NCBI GenBank assembly: GCA_050331335.1
Contig: JBHJGY010000050.1
Span: forward strand, 1,521 to 65,520
Length of the DNA: 64,000 nucleotides
DNA from: Pikeienuella sp.
GTDB taxonomy: Bacteria > Pseudomonadota > Alphaproteobacteria > Rhodobacterales > Rhodobacteraceae
Direction: 5' to 3'
Under the pieces are notes generated by a model. The model ran no database searches, was not told the origin of the DNA, and saw only the letters and a list, made by a program, of their open reading frames with translations. The position numbers and the translations under genes are program-made. This document shows positions 1 to 9,224 of the stretch, piece by piece. The first letter of the stretch is position 1, and each line of letters begins with the position of its first letter.

Positions 1-281
1 CCGTCGCCGCCCGGTGCCTGGGCAAGCATCCCGCTGCGGGTTATCCGCCAGGAGGGCTTCGCCGTCCCCGGCCGATTTATCGTCGGCGGAACCCGGTCGC
101 GGACTTCATCAGCGGTATTTTGCCTGTCCCCGTCCCCGTCCCCCTTCCCGACCCGCTCCTCGCTCCGAGCTACGGGCCGCAGCGACATCAGGGCAGCGAC
201 ATCAACATCGTCGCGAGCCGTCTCCGGCTCGCCGACTAACGCGCCCGCACACCCGTGCGCCGGGTTCGCTGGGGCCCTCGA

Positions 282-1133
282 TCAGGCCGGGCGCAGGCCG
301 AGCAGCGCCCGGGCCTGCTTTGGGGTGGCGACGTTGCGACCGGCTGCCCGACAGAGCTCAACGGCCCGCGCCACCAGGGCCGCGTTGGAGGGGGCGAGTG
401 TCTCCCGGTCGAGGCGGACATTGTCTTCGAGCCCTGTCCGCACATGACCGCCCGCCTCGATGCACCAACGGTTCAGCTCAATCTGGTGGCGTCCGATCCC
501 GGCACCGCACCACTCGGCGTCGGGCGCCAGACGGCGCAGCGTCGCCACGTAGAAGTCGAACACCGCCCGATCCGCCGGCATCGCGTTCTTCACGCCCATG
601 ACGAACTGCACATAAAGGGGGGTCGGCAGGCGCCCGTCGGCGGCCATCTTCACGGCCTGGAAAATGTGAGAGAGGTCGAAGGCCTCGATCTCGGGTTTGA
701 TCTCGTAGCTGCGCATCTCGTCGGCAAGCCAGTCGACGAGATCCGGCGGGTTCTCGTAGACGCGGGTGGGGAAGTTGTTGGACCCCACCGTGAGCGAGGC
801 CATGTCGGGCCGCAGCGGGAGCATGCCGCCGCGCGCCCGACCAGAGCCCGCGCGCCCGCCCGTGGAGAACTGCACGTTCATGCCGGGGCAACTGGCCTTG
901 ATCCCCTCTTTGAGACGGGCGAATTTCTCAGGGTCCGACGAGGGGGTGCCATCGTCGTTGCGCACATGCAGATGCGCGATGGCAGCGCCGAGCTCATAGG
1001 CCTCGCGGGTCGAGGCGATCTGCTCCGCCACGGTGATCGGTACCGCAGGATTGTCGGCCTTGGTCGGCACGGAGCCGGTGATGGCCACACAGATGATGCA
1101 CGGACGGGCGCGCGCGTCGGTCTCGGCGGTCAT
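282..1133 (-). CDS. Beta-keto acid cleavage enzyme family (DUF849, 3-keto-5-aminohexanoate cleavage-like)
   Basis: N-terminal IICVAITG...NPAVPIT, metal-binding AHLHVR, QFSTGGR, IKPEIEAFD, GHVRTGLED and C-terminal VATPxQARxxL motifs; GGAGG RBS upstream. Confidence 0.9.
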   Translation of the reverse strand: MTAETDARARPCIICVAITGSVPTKADNPAVPITVAEQIASTREAYELGAAIAHLHVRNDDGTPSSDPEKFARLKEGIKASCPGMNVQFSTGGRAGSGRARGGMLPLRPDMASLTVGSNNFPTRVYENPPDLVDWLADEMRSYEIKPEIEAFDLSHIFQAVKMAADGRLPTPLYVQFVMGVKNAMPADRAVFDFYVATLRRLAPDAEWCGAGIGRHQIELNRWCIEAGGHVRTGLEDNVRLDRETLAPSNAALVARAVELCRAAGRNVATPKQARALLGLRPA

Positions 1134-1365
1134 GGGAGCCTCCTGGATTTACGCAACCCCACCAGCTTCTGCTGCTTCGCGCAACCCCGACCCGAGGTCC
1201 AGCGCTCCCTTGCCGTGAAGCTGCTGCCCCGGCTGCGGTTACACCCGTCGCCAACCGCACACGCGCCAAGCGGTCGGGTAGATCGACTGCACCCCTGCGC
1301 GACAGGACGCCGCTCGACCGGCCGACGTCTTAGGGCGGGGTGGATTGTCAATCCGACAGGCGGCC

Positions 1366-1379
1366 TTGACGCGGGTCAA
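1366..1379. promoter_or_regulatory. FNR/FnrL-type box upstream of hemN
   Basis: TTGAC-GCGG-GTCAA palindrome 34 bp before the hemN ATG at 1414; matches TTGAY-N4-RTCAA. Confidence 0.8.
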
Positions 1380-1413
1380 AGCGGGGCGACCGCATCCGCG
1401 CTTCACTCGGGCC

Positions 1414-2769
1414 ATGGATAAAGCCCTTGCGAAATACGCGGAAACCCGCGCGCCCCGCTACACGAGCTACCCCACGGCCGCTCAGTTCGGTCCAGGGGTC
1501 GGAGCAACCGAGGCCCGCACTTGGCTCGGGGCGCTCGCGCCTTCGCAGCCGGTGTCGGTCTATCTGCATGTGCCCTTCTGCAAGGAGATTTGCTGGTACT
1601 GCGCCTGCAATATGAAACTCGGGCGCCGGCCTGAGTTGCTGCGCGCCTACGAAGCCGATCTCGTCGCCGAGCTCGAGCTGATCGCTGCCGCAGCGCCGGA
1701 GGGCCTGCAGGTGGCGCGCATTCATTGGGGCGGCGGGACGCCGACGTCGTTGCCGCTAGACGCCCTCACCCGTGTGACGGCCGAGCTCAACACCCTGTTC
1801 AATGTAACGCGCGACTGCGAGACCGCCTTCGAAATCGATCCTCGCACCTTCGAGCCCGGCATGGCCGAGGGGTTGGCCGCGCTCGGCACCGGCCGCGCGT
1901 CGCTTGGCGTGCAGGAATTCGATCCCAGGGTTCAGGCCGCGGTAAACCGGATCCAGCCGGTGGAGATGGTGGCCCAGGTGGTCGCAGAATTGCGGGCTGC
2001 GGGGATTGGGGCGATTAACTTCGACCTGATCTACGGTCTGCCGCATCAGAGCGTCGAGACCATCACGCGGACGATCGATGAGACCGTCAAGCTGGGCCCA
2101 TCGCGGATTGCGCTGTTCGGCTATGCCCATGTCCCTTGGATGTCGAAACGCCAGCGGATGCTGCCGGAGGCGGCATTGCCTAGCGCCGCCGAGCGCTTCG
2201 CTCAGGCCGAGACGGCGGCTGAGCGGCTCGTTGCGGCCGGGTATGTCCGGGTGGGGCTCGACCATTTCGCCCTTCCCGACGATGGACTGGCGCGGGCCCT
2301 GCGCGATCGCCGGCTGCTGCGTAACTTCCAGGGCTATACCGACGACCCTGTGGAGACTGTGATTGGGGCCGGTGCGACTGCGATCTCGGCCGTTCCGGGC
2401 GGCTACTACCAGAATATCGGCGAGACCGGCGCTTGGGCACGGGAGGTGCGGGCGGGCTGCCTGCCCGTCCATCGCGGGGTCGCGGTGACCCCGGACGACC
2501 GGTTGCGCCGCGCGGTGATCTCGGAGCTGATGTGCTACCTTGATGTCGATCTCGGCCGGTTCTGCCGCGCGCACGACCTGCCCGAAGGCGCCCTCGACGC
2601 CGATCTCCAGACGGTACAGGACTTCGTCGATGACGGGCTGGCCGAGATCGTCGGGCGCCGCTTGCGCATCACCGACCGCGGCAGGCCCGCGATGCGGGTG
2701 ATCGCGGCCGCGTTCGACACCCATCTGCGGGCGGCGAGCGAGACCCGGCGCCATGCGGTGGCGGTCTGA
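1414..2769 (+). CDS. hemN: Oxygen-independent coproporphyrinogen III oxidase (radical SAM)
   Basis: PRYTSYPTA, YLHVPFCxxxCWYC, HWGGGTP, GLDHFA, RNFQGY motifs; start placed at ATG 1414 (ORF track starts at 1345). Confidence 0.95.
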   Translation: MDKALAKYAETRAPRYTSYPTAAQFGPGVGATEARTWLGALAPSQPVSVYLHVPFCKEICWYCACNMKLGRRPELLRAYEADLVAELELIAAAAPEGLQVARIHWGGGTPTSLPLDALTRVTAELNTLFNVTRDCETAFEIDPRTFEPGMAEGLAALGTGRASLGVQEFDPRVQAAVNRIQPVEMVAQVVAELRAAGIGAINFDLIYGLPHQSVETITRTIDETVKLGPSRIALFGYAHVPWMSKRQRMLPEAALPSAAERFAQAETAAERLVAAGYVRVGLDHFALPDDGLARALRDRRLLRNFQGYTDDPVETVIGAGATAISAVPGGYYQNIGETGAWAREVRAGCLPVHRGVAVTPDDRLRRAVISELMCYLDVDLGRFCRAHDLPEGALDADLQTVQDFVDDGLAEIVGRRLRITDRGRPAMRVIAAAFDTHLRAASETRRHAVAV

Positions 2770-2848
2770 GTCGCAGCCGGGGGTGGCTGGCCGGAGGGTC
2801 CGGCCGCCCCCCGGCCACGCTCCCCGGGGGACCAGAGAGGATCGAGCG

Positions 2849-3460
2849 TTAGCCGCGCCCGCTGAGCCAGATCTCGAAGCGGCAGGCCCCTGCGTTTCGG
2901 GCACAACAGTCGGTTTCGACCACCACAGTTGCCGGTGAGACCAGAACCCGGAAGAGCCGCTCGAACACCGCGGCATGCCAGGGGCACCCCGGGACCGCCA
3001 GCGGGTTGTCGACGATCTCGATCACCGAGGGGTTTCCCGAGCATGCGCGGAAGCGCCCGGAGCCGGCGAAGGTCCAAGCGCTGCGCCGGATCGCGAGCAG
3101 CAGGAGTTGCGCGGCCCATCGCGGCGGCAGGGCTTTCAGCAAACGTTGAGCCGGACCGGGGATCCGGTGTGCGAGCAGGTAGTCCGCCGTCCGCCGCCCG
3201 GCCGAGCGTGCGATGCAACTGGCCCGCTCCGGCGCCATCTCGGCGATCACGGTGCGGTGCAGCCGGGCGGCGATATCCTCGGCCACCATTGATTTGGGCG
3301 GGGCCGCGAGCAGATCCGCCAATCCCGCCCGATCGAAGATGCGGGCCGCGAAATCCGGCCCGCCTTCCGCGGCGAGTGCGGCGGCCATCTGAAGCACCGC
3401 ATTTGGTCCGACGCGCGCCGGTGTGGCGACCCCGGCGACCCCGGCGACCCCGCCGGTCAT
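2849..3460 (-). CDS. bchJ: BchJ (V4R domain, bacteriochlorophyll 4-vinyl reductase family)
   Basis: [40 protein letters not shown] and ETDCCA..ACRFE motifs; overlaps the bchE stop codon. Confidence 0.92.
   Translation of the reverse strand: MTGGVAGVAGVATPARVGPNAVLQMAAALAAEGGPDFAARIFDRAGLADLLAAPPKSMVAEDIAARLHRTVIAEMAPERASCIARSAGRRTADYLLAHRIPGPAQRLLKALPPRWAAQLLLLAIRRSAWTFAGSGRFRACSGNPSVIEIVDNPLAVPGCPWHAAVFERLFRVLVSPATVVVETDCCARNAGACRFEIWLSGRG
3425..3451. repeat. 9-bp tandem repeat (GGCGACCCC)x3 in the 5' end of bchJ
   Basis: Seen directly; encodes GVA-GVA-GVA in frame. Confidence 0.8.
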
Positions 3461-5220
3461 TCGGCGGGCACCTTCGTCTCGCCGCGGCTCGGACAGCTCA
3501 GCGGGATCTTATGGTCACCGGTGAGGTTGGGCACTGCAATATCCGGGTTGCGGTGGACCGCCTGATCGGCCGCGTCGAGGGCCTCCTGGGAGATCTGGTC
3601 CTCACCGCCCCCGCAAGCCGCCGCGCGCTTGGCCTCTTTGGCAGCTTTGACTTGCGCTTTCAGGGCGTCCTTGCGCTCTTGCGCCTTTCTCTTGCGGTCG
3701 GCCATCGCCTCCCAGTCGGCCATTTGCGCAGGCGCGATCTCGCGGCTGTCGTCGAAATGGAAGTCGACCTTTTCTTTGGATTGCGGACCCCAATAGCCGA
3801 CCTTGCCGAGATCATAGAAGGTACGGGCGAACCCGGCCTTGAGGAACGCTTTGAGACAGCCGAGCAGGTACCGCCGGCGGAAGCCCGTGCCGCGCCAGGG
3901 ATAATGGAAGAACGCCTTGTTCATGTAGAACCGGCGATAGTTGTGCATCACTCGGTCGAGCAGGGTCGCACGGTCCATCGCTTCCGGTTTCATGATAGGG
4001 GTGACGAAGTTGTATTTCTCGAAGTCGAATACTTCGACTTTGTCACCCAATTCCTGAAACAGCGGCGAAAACGGCCAAGGTGTGTACATCGACCAATTGG
4101 CCAGATCCGGGTTCCATTCGCGGGCAAAACGATAGGTCTCTTCGAGGGTCTCTGGCGTTTCGTTTTCGAGCCCAACGATAAATTGCGCCTCGGTGAAGAT
4201 GTCCGCATCTCGCAGCAACTTGATGGCGAGGCGGTTGTTTTCGACCTTGGTCTCTTTGTTGAAGCGGTCGAGCTTCATCTGCGCCGCCGCTTCGGTGCCC
4301 AGCGAGACATGGACCAGGCCGGCCCGGCGCCAAAGCGGTAGAAGATCCTTGTCGCGCATGATGTCGGTGACGCGCGTGTTGATGCCCCATTTGACCTTGT
4401 CCGGCAGCCCGCGCGCGATCAGCTCCTCGCAGAATTCGGTAAATTTCTTTCGATTAATGGTCGGTTCCTCGTCTGCAAGGATAAAAAAGCCGACCTGATG
4501 GTCTTCGACCAGCTTTTCGATCTCGTTGACAACCGACTTGGGGTCCCGCACGCGATAGTCGCGCCAGAACTTCCACTGCGAACAGAAGGAGCAGGTGAAG
4601 GGGCAGCCGCGGGCCATATTGGGAATCGCGACGCGGGTGCCGAGCGGGATATAAATATACTTCTGCCATTCGAGCAGTGACCAGTCCGGCTCGAGCCCGT
4701 CGAGATCCTTAACGGTCGGGGCGGCTTGAGTGGCCACGATCTCGCCGGTCGCCTCGTCTCGGAAGGCGAGACCCTTGATGCGGCGCCGATCCTGTGGCCA
4801 ACGACCCTCGGCGACGGCCCGGACGAATTCGACGAAGATCTCCTCGCCCTCACCCCGGACGATCGCGTCGATCCAGGGCGCTTCGGAGAGCACTTGCTTG
4901 TACATGAAGGTCGCGTGCACGCCGCCGAGAACGGTAACCGCATCAGGGGCGACCTCCCGGGCGATCTCCAGCGCGCGCTCGGCCTTGTAGATAGACGGTG
5001 TTATCGAGGTGGCGCCGACGATGTCCGGCTGCGCCGCGGCGATCTGGCGACCGATCTCCTCGTCCGTCAGATCGTTGGTCATCGCGTCGATGAAGGTGAT
5101 GTCGGTGTAGCCTGCGGCCTTGAGCGGCCCGGCGAGATACGCGACCCAGGCGGGTGGCCAGTTCCCGGCGATCTCCGCGCCGCCGGAATGGTAATTCGGG
5201 TGTATCAGCACAATCCGCAT
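3457..5220 (-). CDS. bchE: Anaerobic Mg-protoporphyrin IX monomethyl ester cyclase (B12-dependent radical SAM)
   Basis: [25 protein letters not shown] start, [24 protein letters not shown]-terminal ACGGG; GGAGG RBS before ATG 5220. Confidence 0.97.
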   Translation of the reverse strand: MRIVLIHPNYHSGGAEIAGNWPPAWVAYLAGPLKAAGYTDITFIDAMTNDLTDEEIGRQIAAAQPDIVGATSITPSIYKAERALEIAREVAPDAVTVLGGVHATFMYKQVLSEAPWIDAIVRGEGEEIFVEFVRAVAEGRWPQDRRRIKGLAFRDEATGEIVATQAAPTVKDLDGLEPDWSLLEWQKYIYIPLGTRVAIPNMARGCPFTCSFCSQWKFWRDYRVRDPKSVVNEIEKLVEDHQVGFFILADEEPTINRKKFTEFCEELIARGLPDKVKWGINTRVTDIMRDKDLLPLWRRAGLVHVSLGTEAAAQMKLDRFNKETKVENNRLAIKLLRDADIFTEAQFIVGLENETPETLEETYRFAREWNPDLANWSMYTPWPFSPLFQELGDKVEVFDFEKYNFVTPIMKPEAMDRATLLDRVMHNYRRFYMNKAFFHYPWRGTGFRRRYLLGCLKAFLKAGFARTFYDLGKVGYWGPQSKEKVDFHFDDSREIAPAQMADWEAMADRKRKAQERKDALKAQVKAAKEAKRAAACGGGEDQISQEALDAADQAVHRNPDIAVPNLTGDHKIPLSCPSRGETKVPAE

Positions 5221-5272
5221 TGTTCGCCTCCCTTGTGTTGGGTAAGCGGAGCATGTGGAGTGACAACTTGCC

Positions 5273-5286
5273 TTGACACATATCAA
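5273..5286. promoter_or_regulatory. FNR/FnrL-type box upstream of bchE
   Basis: TTGAC-ACAT-ATCAA about 53 bp upstream of the bchE start. Confidence 0.8.
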
Positions 5287-5295
5287 GGGTCGCCG

Positions 5296-6072
5296 TCAGA
5301 GCAGGCCCAGGGCGCGGAAGCTCGCATCGCGGGCCTTGCCGATCACCACATGGTCGTGGATCACGATGCCAACGCTTTTCGCCGCCGCCTCGATCCGGCG
5401 GGTCATCTCGACATCGGCCTGGCTCGGCGTGGGGTCGCCCGAGGGGTGGTTGTGAACGAGAATCAACGCGGAGGCGTTGAGCTCGAGCCCGCGCTTGACC
5501 ACTTCGCGTGGATAAACCGGCACGTGGTCGACGGTGCCAGTACCCTGCGCCTCGTCGGCGACGAGAACGTTCTTGCGGTCGAGGAACAACACGCGGACTT
5601 GCTCGGTGTCGCGATGTGCCATGGCGGTCTTGCAGTAGTCCATGAGCGCCGACCATGACGACAGCACCGGACGGTTGAGCACGCGCGCGCGAGCCAGGCG
5701 GTGCGCGGCCGCCTCGACGATTTTCAACTCGCAGATAACCGCATCGCCGATGCCCTGGATCTCGGCAAGCCGCGGCACCGGAGCGGAAATCACGCCGTTA
5801 AAGTCCCCGAACTGGGCCAATAGGCGCTTGGCGAGGGGCTTGACGTCGCGCCGGGGGATCGCGCGAAACAGGACCAGCTCCAGCATCTCGTAATCGGCCA
5901 GCGCCTGGGACCCGGCCTCGAGGAAGCGCGACCGCAGCCGGGCGCGGTGATTGTGGAAGTGCGGCGCCGCTGCGGCTTGCCCTGACGCCGCCCCAATTTT
6001 TCCCGCCGTCTCGAACAGTCCCGGCGCCGCGTCCGCCAAGCCATTCTGCGCCTGATCATCGCCCGACAACAT
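5296..6072 (-). CDS. radC: RadC family protein (HhH + JAB/MPN domain)
   Basis: HRARLRSRF, LADYEMLEL, GTVDHVPVYPREV, HNHPSGDPTPSQAD, IHDHVVIG; start chosen at ATG 6072. Confidence 0.93.
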   Translation of the reverse strand: MLSGDDQAQNGLADAAPGLFETAGKIGAASGQAAAAPHFHNHRARLRSRFLEAGSQALADYEMLELVLFRAIPRRDVKPLAKRLLAQFGDFNGVISAPVPRLAEIQGIGDAVICELKIVEAAAHRLARARVLNRPVLSSWSALMDYCKTAMAHRDTEQVRVLFLDRKNVLVADEAQGTGTVDHVPVYPREVVKRGLELNASALILVHNHPSGDPTPSQADVEMTRRIEAAAKSVGIVIHDHVVIGKARDASFRALGLL

Positions 6073-6218
6073 CGTGCACTCCCATCCAACGGGCCCAGCT
6101 TTCAGACAAAATGGTGACGATGAGGTTAACGGACGGTGCGGTCCTTTCCGATGTCCATTAAGGCTTCGGAAACCTGGGCGTGCTCTTTTTGTTCGCGACT
6201 GCAGAAGCAGGAGCTGAC

Positions 6219-9056
6219 ATGACAGGCCAGGAGGTGCCGGGTCCTTCGCCCGCGCAAACAGAGAGTGTTTTCGGAAGCGACGATCGACTTGCGGTCGGCG
6301 ACACGACCGCATTCCCGTGGGCGGCGATCGGCCGGGTCGCGGTGTCCACGGCGAACGGTATGTTTTTCGGGACCGGCTTTCTCATCGGTCCTCAGCATAT
6401 GCTCACCGCTGGGCATGTGGTGGAATCGGATCTCTACGGGGGTGACGGCCGGGCACAAGCGATCACCGTCGCTTTCGGGCAGGCCGGGAGCCTGAAGCCC
6501 TTCGCGGAGGTCGAGGCGCTCGATTTTCGGACGCCTGAAGGCTGGAGCGCCGGCCAAGATTCAGCGCAGGACTGGGCGCTCGTCACGCTCGACCGCAGCA
6601 TAGGGGCGGCAATCGGGTCCTTCGATCTCGCAGCCCCGTCGGCGCCCGTCGGCGAGACCGTGACGCTTGCCGGATATCCGGGTGATCTCGGTGGCACCGA
6701 TCTCTATGCCGCGGCTGGTGAGATCGCGGCGGCGGATGCCGAGCGGCTGTATTACGCTGGCACGCTGGATACCGAGGGGGGCATGAGCGGGGCTCCGATC
6801 TGGCGCAGCTTCCCGTCCTCGGGACGGCGGGAAGCCGTCGGCGTGCATGCGGCAGGGGCGGTCGATCCCGAGGCCCCGGGCGCGCAGAATTCGGGAACGC
6901 GGCTGACGCCGGAGCGGCTCACGCAGATCGACGAGTGGATCGGTCAGGATGCGTTCCTCGCCCCGCCCACAGATCTGCCGGATCTCGTGGATGCGGATGC
7001 CGCCTTCGGCACCGTGACCGCTGCCGTCTCCGCTGTGACCGCCGCCGCTGGGGAGCGGCTCGCGCTTTCCCTCACGATCGCCAATCTCGGCACGGCAACC
7101 GCCGCAGCGCCCGAGATCACCGCCTATCTGTCGCAAAACGATGTGCTCACCGAGTTCGACCTGGCCATCGGTGCCGCCACCCTCGCCCCGCTCGCCCCGT
7201 TCGAGAGCCGGCGCATCACCCTGGACATCGACCTGCCTGCCAATGTGCCGAGCGGCTTCTGGCGCGTCGGTTGGCGTCTGACGGAGGGCGGCGGGCTGCC
7301 GGAGTTCGACGCGGACAACAATGACGGCCTCCTGCCGCGCAGCCTGGAGGTCACCGCAAGGCCCGATGCGGTCGCCGAGGCGCTTGAACTGGCGGGCGCC
7401 GTGCTCGCGCCGGGTGAGGCGCTGACCGGGAGCTGGACCTTGCGCAATCTGGGCGGGGCGGCGGCGCCCATCGGCTCTTCGCTCGTGCTCTCCGACGATG
7501 CCGAGTTCGGGCCCGGCGATCTGGTGCTCGCTTCCTTACCGGCGGTCCTGCTCGGCGCCGGCCAGGCCACCACCGTCACGCTTCCCGGTGGCATTGCGCT
7601 GCCCGCCGATCTCGCCAGCGGCACCTATTACCTCGCAGCCTTTGCGGATTTTGGCGATGTGGTCGCGGAGGCGGTGGAGAGCAACAATGCCAGCAGCGCC
7701 CGCGCGGTGACGGTGGGCGCCCCCGGCCTCGATCTGCCCGGCAGCGATGCGCCGGAGACGCTGATCGGCTCTGACGGCGACGACACCGTCCGCGCCTTCA
7801 ACGGCGATGATGTGGTCGATGCCGGGCCGGGCCGGGACGTCATCGATGCCGGCGGCGACAACGACCTGGTCTTTGCGCGCGCGGGTGACGACAGCATCCT
7901 GGGCGGCCCCGGCTTCGACACCCTTCTCGGCGAGCGGGGCGACGATCTGATCGAGGGCGATCTGGGCGACGGCGTAAAAGGACAGGGGGACGAACTCAAC
8001 GGCGGCCCGGGCGACGACACGCTGCGCGGCGAGGGCGGACCGGACACCCTCTTCGGCTCGGACGGGGATGATTTGCTCGACGGCGGCCCGGGCTTCGACC
8101 GGCTCGGCGGCAATGCGGGGGCAGATACCCTGATCGGCGGCGATCTGCGCGACACGCTCGATGGCGGGGCCGATGCCGACAGCATTCTCGGCGGCGACGG
8201 CAATGATGAGATTTACGGCGGCACCGGGGCCGATACCGTGGAGGCGGGTCCGGGGCCGGATTTCGTCGATGGCGGCGACGGGAACGACGACATCTCGACG
8301 GGCACGGAAGATGACATCGTGATCGCCGGCGCGGGGGACGATACGGTTCGCGGGGGCGACGGGGTGGATCGTCTGCAGGGCAATGACGGGGCTGATTTGC
8401 TCCTGGGTGAGGCCGGCGGCGACCGGCTGTTCGGTGGCCCCGGGGCGGACACGGCGGAGGGCGGCGCCGGCGCCGATCTGATATTCGGCAATGATGGTGA
8501 CGACCGGCTGCTTGGCGGCGAAGGGGCGGATACGCTTCGGGGAGAGGCCGGGGACGATTTCTTGGAGGGCGGCGATGGGGCGGATGCCCTTGGCGGGGCC
8601 GCAGGCGCCGATACCTTGATCGGAGGGGCGGGCGATGATCGGCTCGACGGGGTCGATGGCGATGATCTGCTCGAGGGTGGCGACGGCATCGATGCGGTGC
8701 TCGGCAGTGCCGGTCGCGACAGTCTGTTTGGCGGACCAGGGGCCGACAGCGTGTTCGGCGGTGCGGATGACGACACCGTGTCGGGCGGGCTCGGGGCAGA
8801 TCTGCTGGCCGGCGGCGATGGGGCCGATCGCTTCGAGTTCGCGGTGGGAGACGGCAGCGACTTGGTCTTCGATTTCACGCCCGGGACGGATGTGCTCGTG
8901 CTGTCCGGTGGCGTGACCCGCTTCGGCGATCTCGTCCAGGGCATCGATGCCGCCGGGTGGCTGACGATCGGCTATGGCGATCCGTCCGACGTGATCGCGC
9001 TGCAGGGGGTTAAGCCTGGCGACCTGAATGATGACGGGTCGCTCGTCTTCTTATAG
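6219..9056 (+). CDS. Trypsin/V8-like serine protease with two CARDB-like domains and a long RTX Ca-binding repeat region (probable type I-secreted)
   Basis: FGSDDR..FPWAAIG, catalytic LTAGH, DWAL and GMSGAP; NLG..YLS..D and ESNN CARDB-like motifs; many GGxGxDxL nonapeptides; DFTPGTD C-terminus; AGGAG RBS before ATG 6219. Confidence 0.85.
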   Translation: MTGQEVPGPSPAQTESVFGSDDRLAVGDTTAFPWAAIGRVAVSTANGMFFGTGFLIGPQHMLTAGHVVESDLYGGDGRAQAITVAFGQAGSLKPFAEVEALDFRTPEGWSAGQDSAQDWALVTLDRSIGAAIGSFDLAAPSAPVGETVTLAGYPGDLGGTDLYAAAGEIAAADAERLYYAGTLDTEGGMSGAPIWRSFPSSGRREAVGVHAAGAVDPEAPGAQNSGTRLTPERLTQIDEWIGQDAFLAPPTDLPDLVDADAAFGTVTAAVSAVTAAAGERLALSLTIANLGTATAAAPEITAYLSQNDVLTEFDLAIGAATLAPLAPFESRRITLDIDLPANVPSGFWRVGWRLTEGGGLPEFDADNNDGLLPRSLEVTARPDAVAEALELAGAVLAPGEALTGSWTLRNLGGAAAPIGSSLVLSDDAEFGPGDLVLASLPAVLLGAGQATTVTLPGGIALPADLASGTYYLAAFADFGDVVAEAVESNNASSARAVTVGAPGLDLPGSDAPETLIGSDGDDTVRAFNGDDVVDAGPGRDVIDAGGDNDLVFARAGDDSILGGPGFDTLLGERGDDLIEGDLGDGVKGQGDELNGGPGDDTLRGEGGPDTLFGSDGDDLLDGGPGFDRLGGNAGADTLIGGDLRDTLDGGADADSILGGDGNDEIYGGTGADTVEAGPGPDFVDGGDGNDDISTGTEDDIVIAGAGDDTVRGGDGVDRLQGNDGADLLLGEAGGDRLFGGPGADTAEGGAGADLIFGNDGDDRLLGGEGADTLRGEAGDDFLEGGDGADALGGAAGADTLIGGAGDDRLDGVDGDDLLEGGDGIDAVLGSAGRDSLFGGPGADSVFGGADDDTVSGGLGADLLAGGDGADRFEFAVGDGSDLVFDFTPGTDVLVLSGGVTRFGDLVQGIDAAGWLTIGYGDPSDVIALQGVKPGDLNDDGSLVFL

Positions 9057-9224
9057 GGCTCCGATGATCGGGGACACGCCCGATCTCCAGCCGCTCCCCA
9101 TTGTCGCCCCCACCCCAAGCCGATCGGGTCGCCGGCCGAGATCCGATTGGCACGAGACTTGCTCCTCCCTCGACGACCGAGCCCCGCACCTGGCGGCGGG
9201 CCGGCCGTTGGAGGGAGGTGCGGG

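Noticed and set aside
255-1421. Long antisense ORFs (e.g. 255-1421, 17802-19775, 29688-31490, 30968-32632, 36400-38166)
   Set aside because: They mirror recognised genes on the opposite strand; expected shadows in high-GC DNA with no motifs of their own
5296-6072. radC as a sign of a mobile element or anti-restriction island
   Set aside because: Full-length HhH+JAB chromosomal type with host-like composition; no integrase or transposase nearby
7750-8900. Periodic repeats that might be an array
   Set aside because: In-frame RTX nonapeptide codons inside the protease gene; no identical repeats with unique spacers, so not CRISPR
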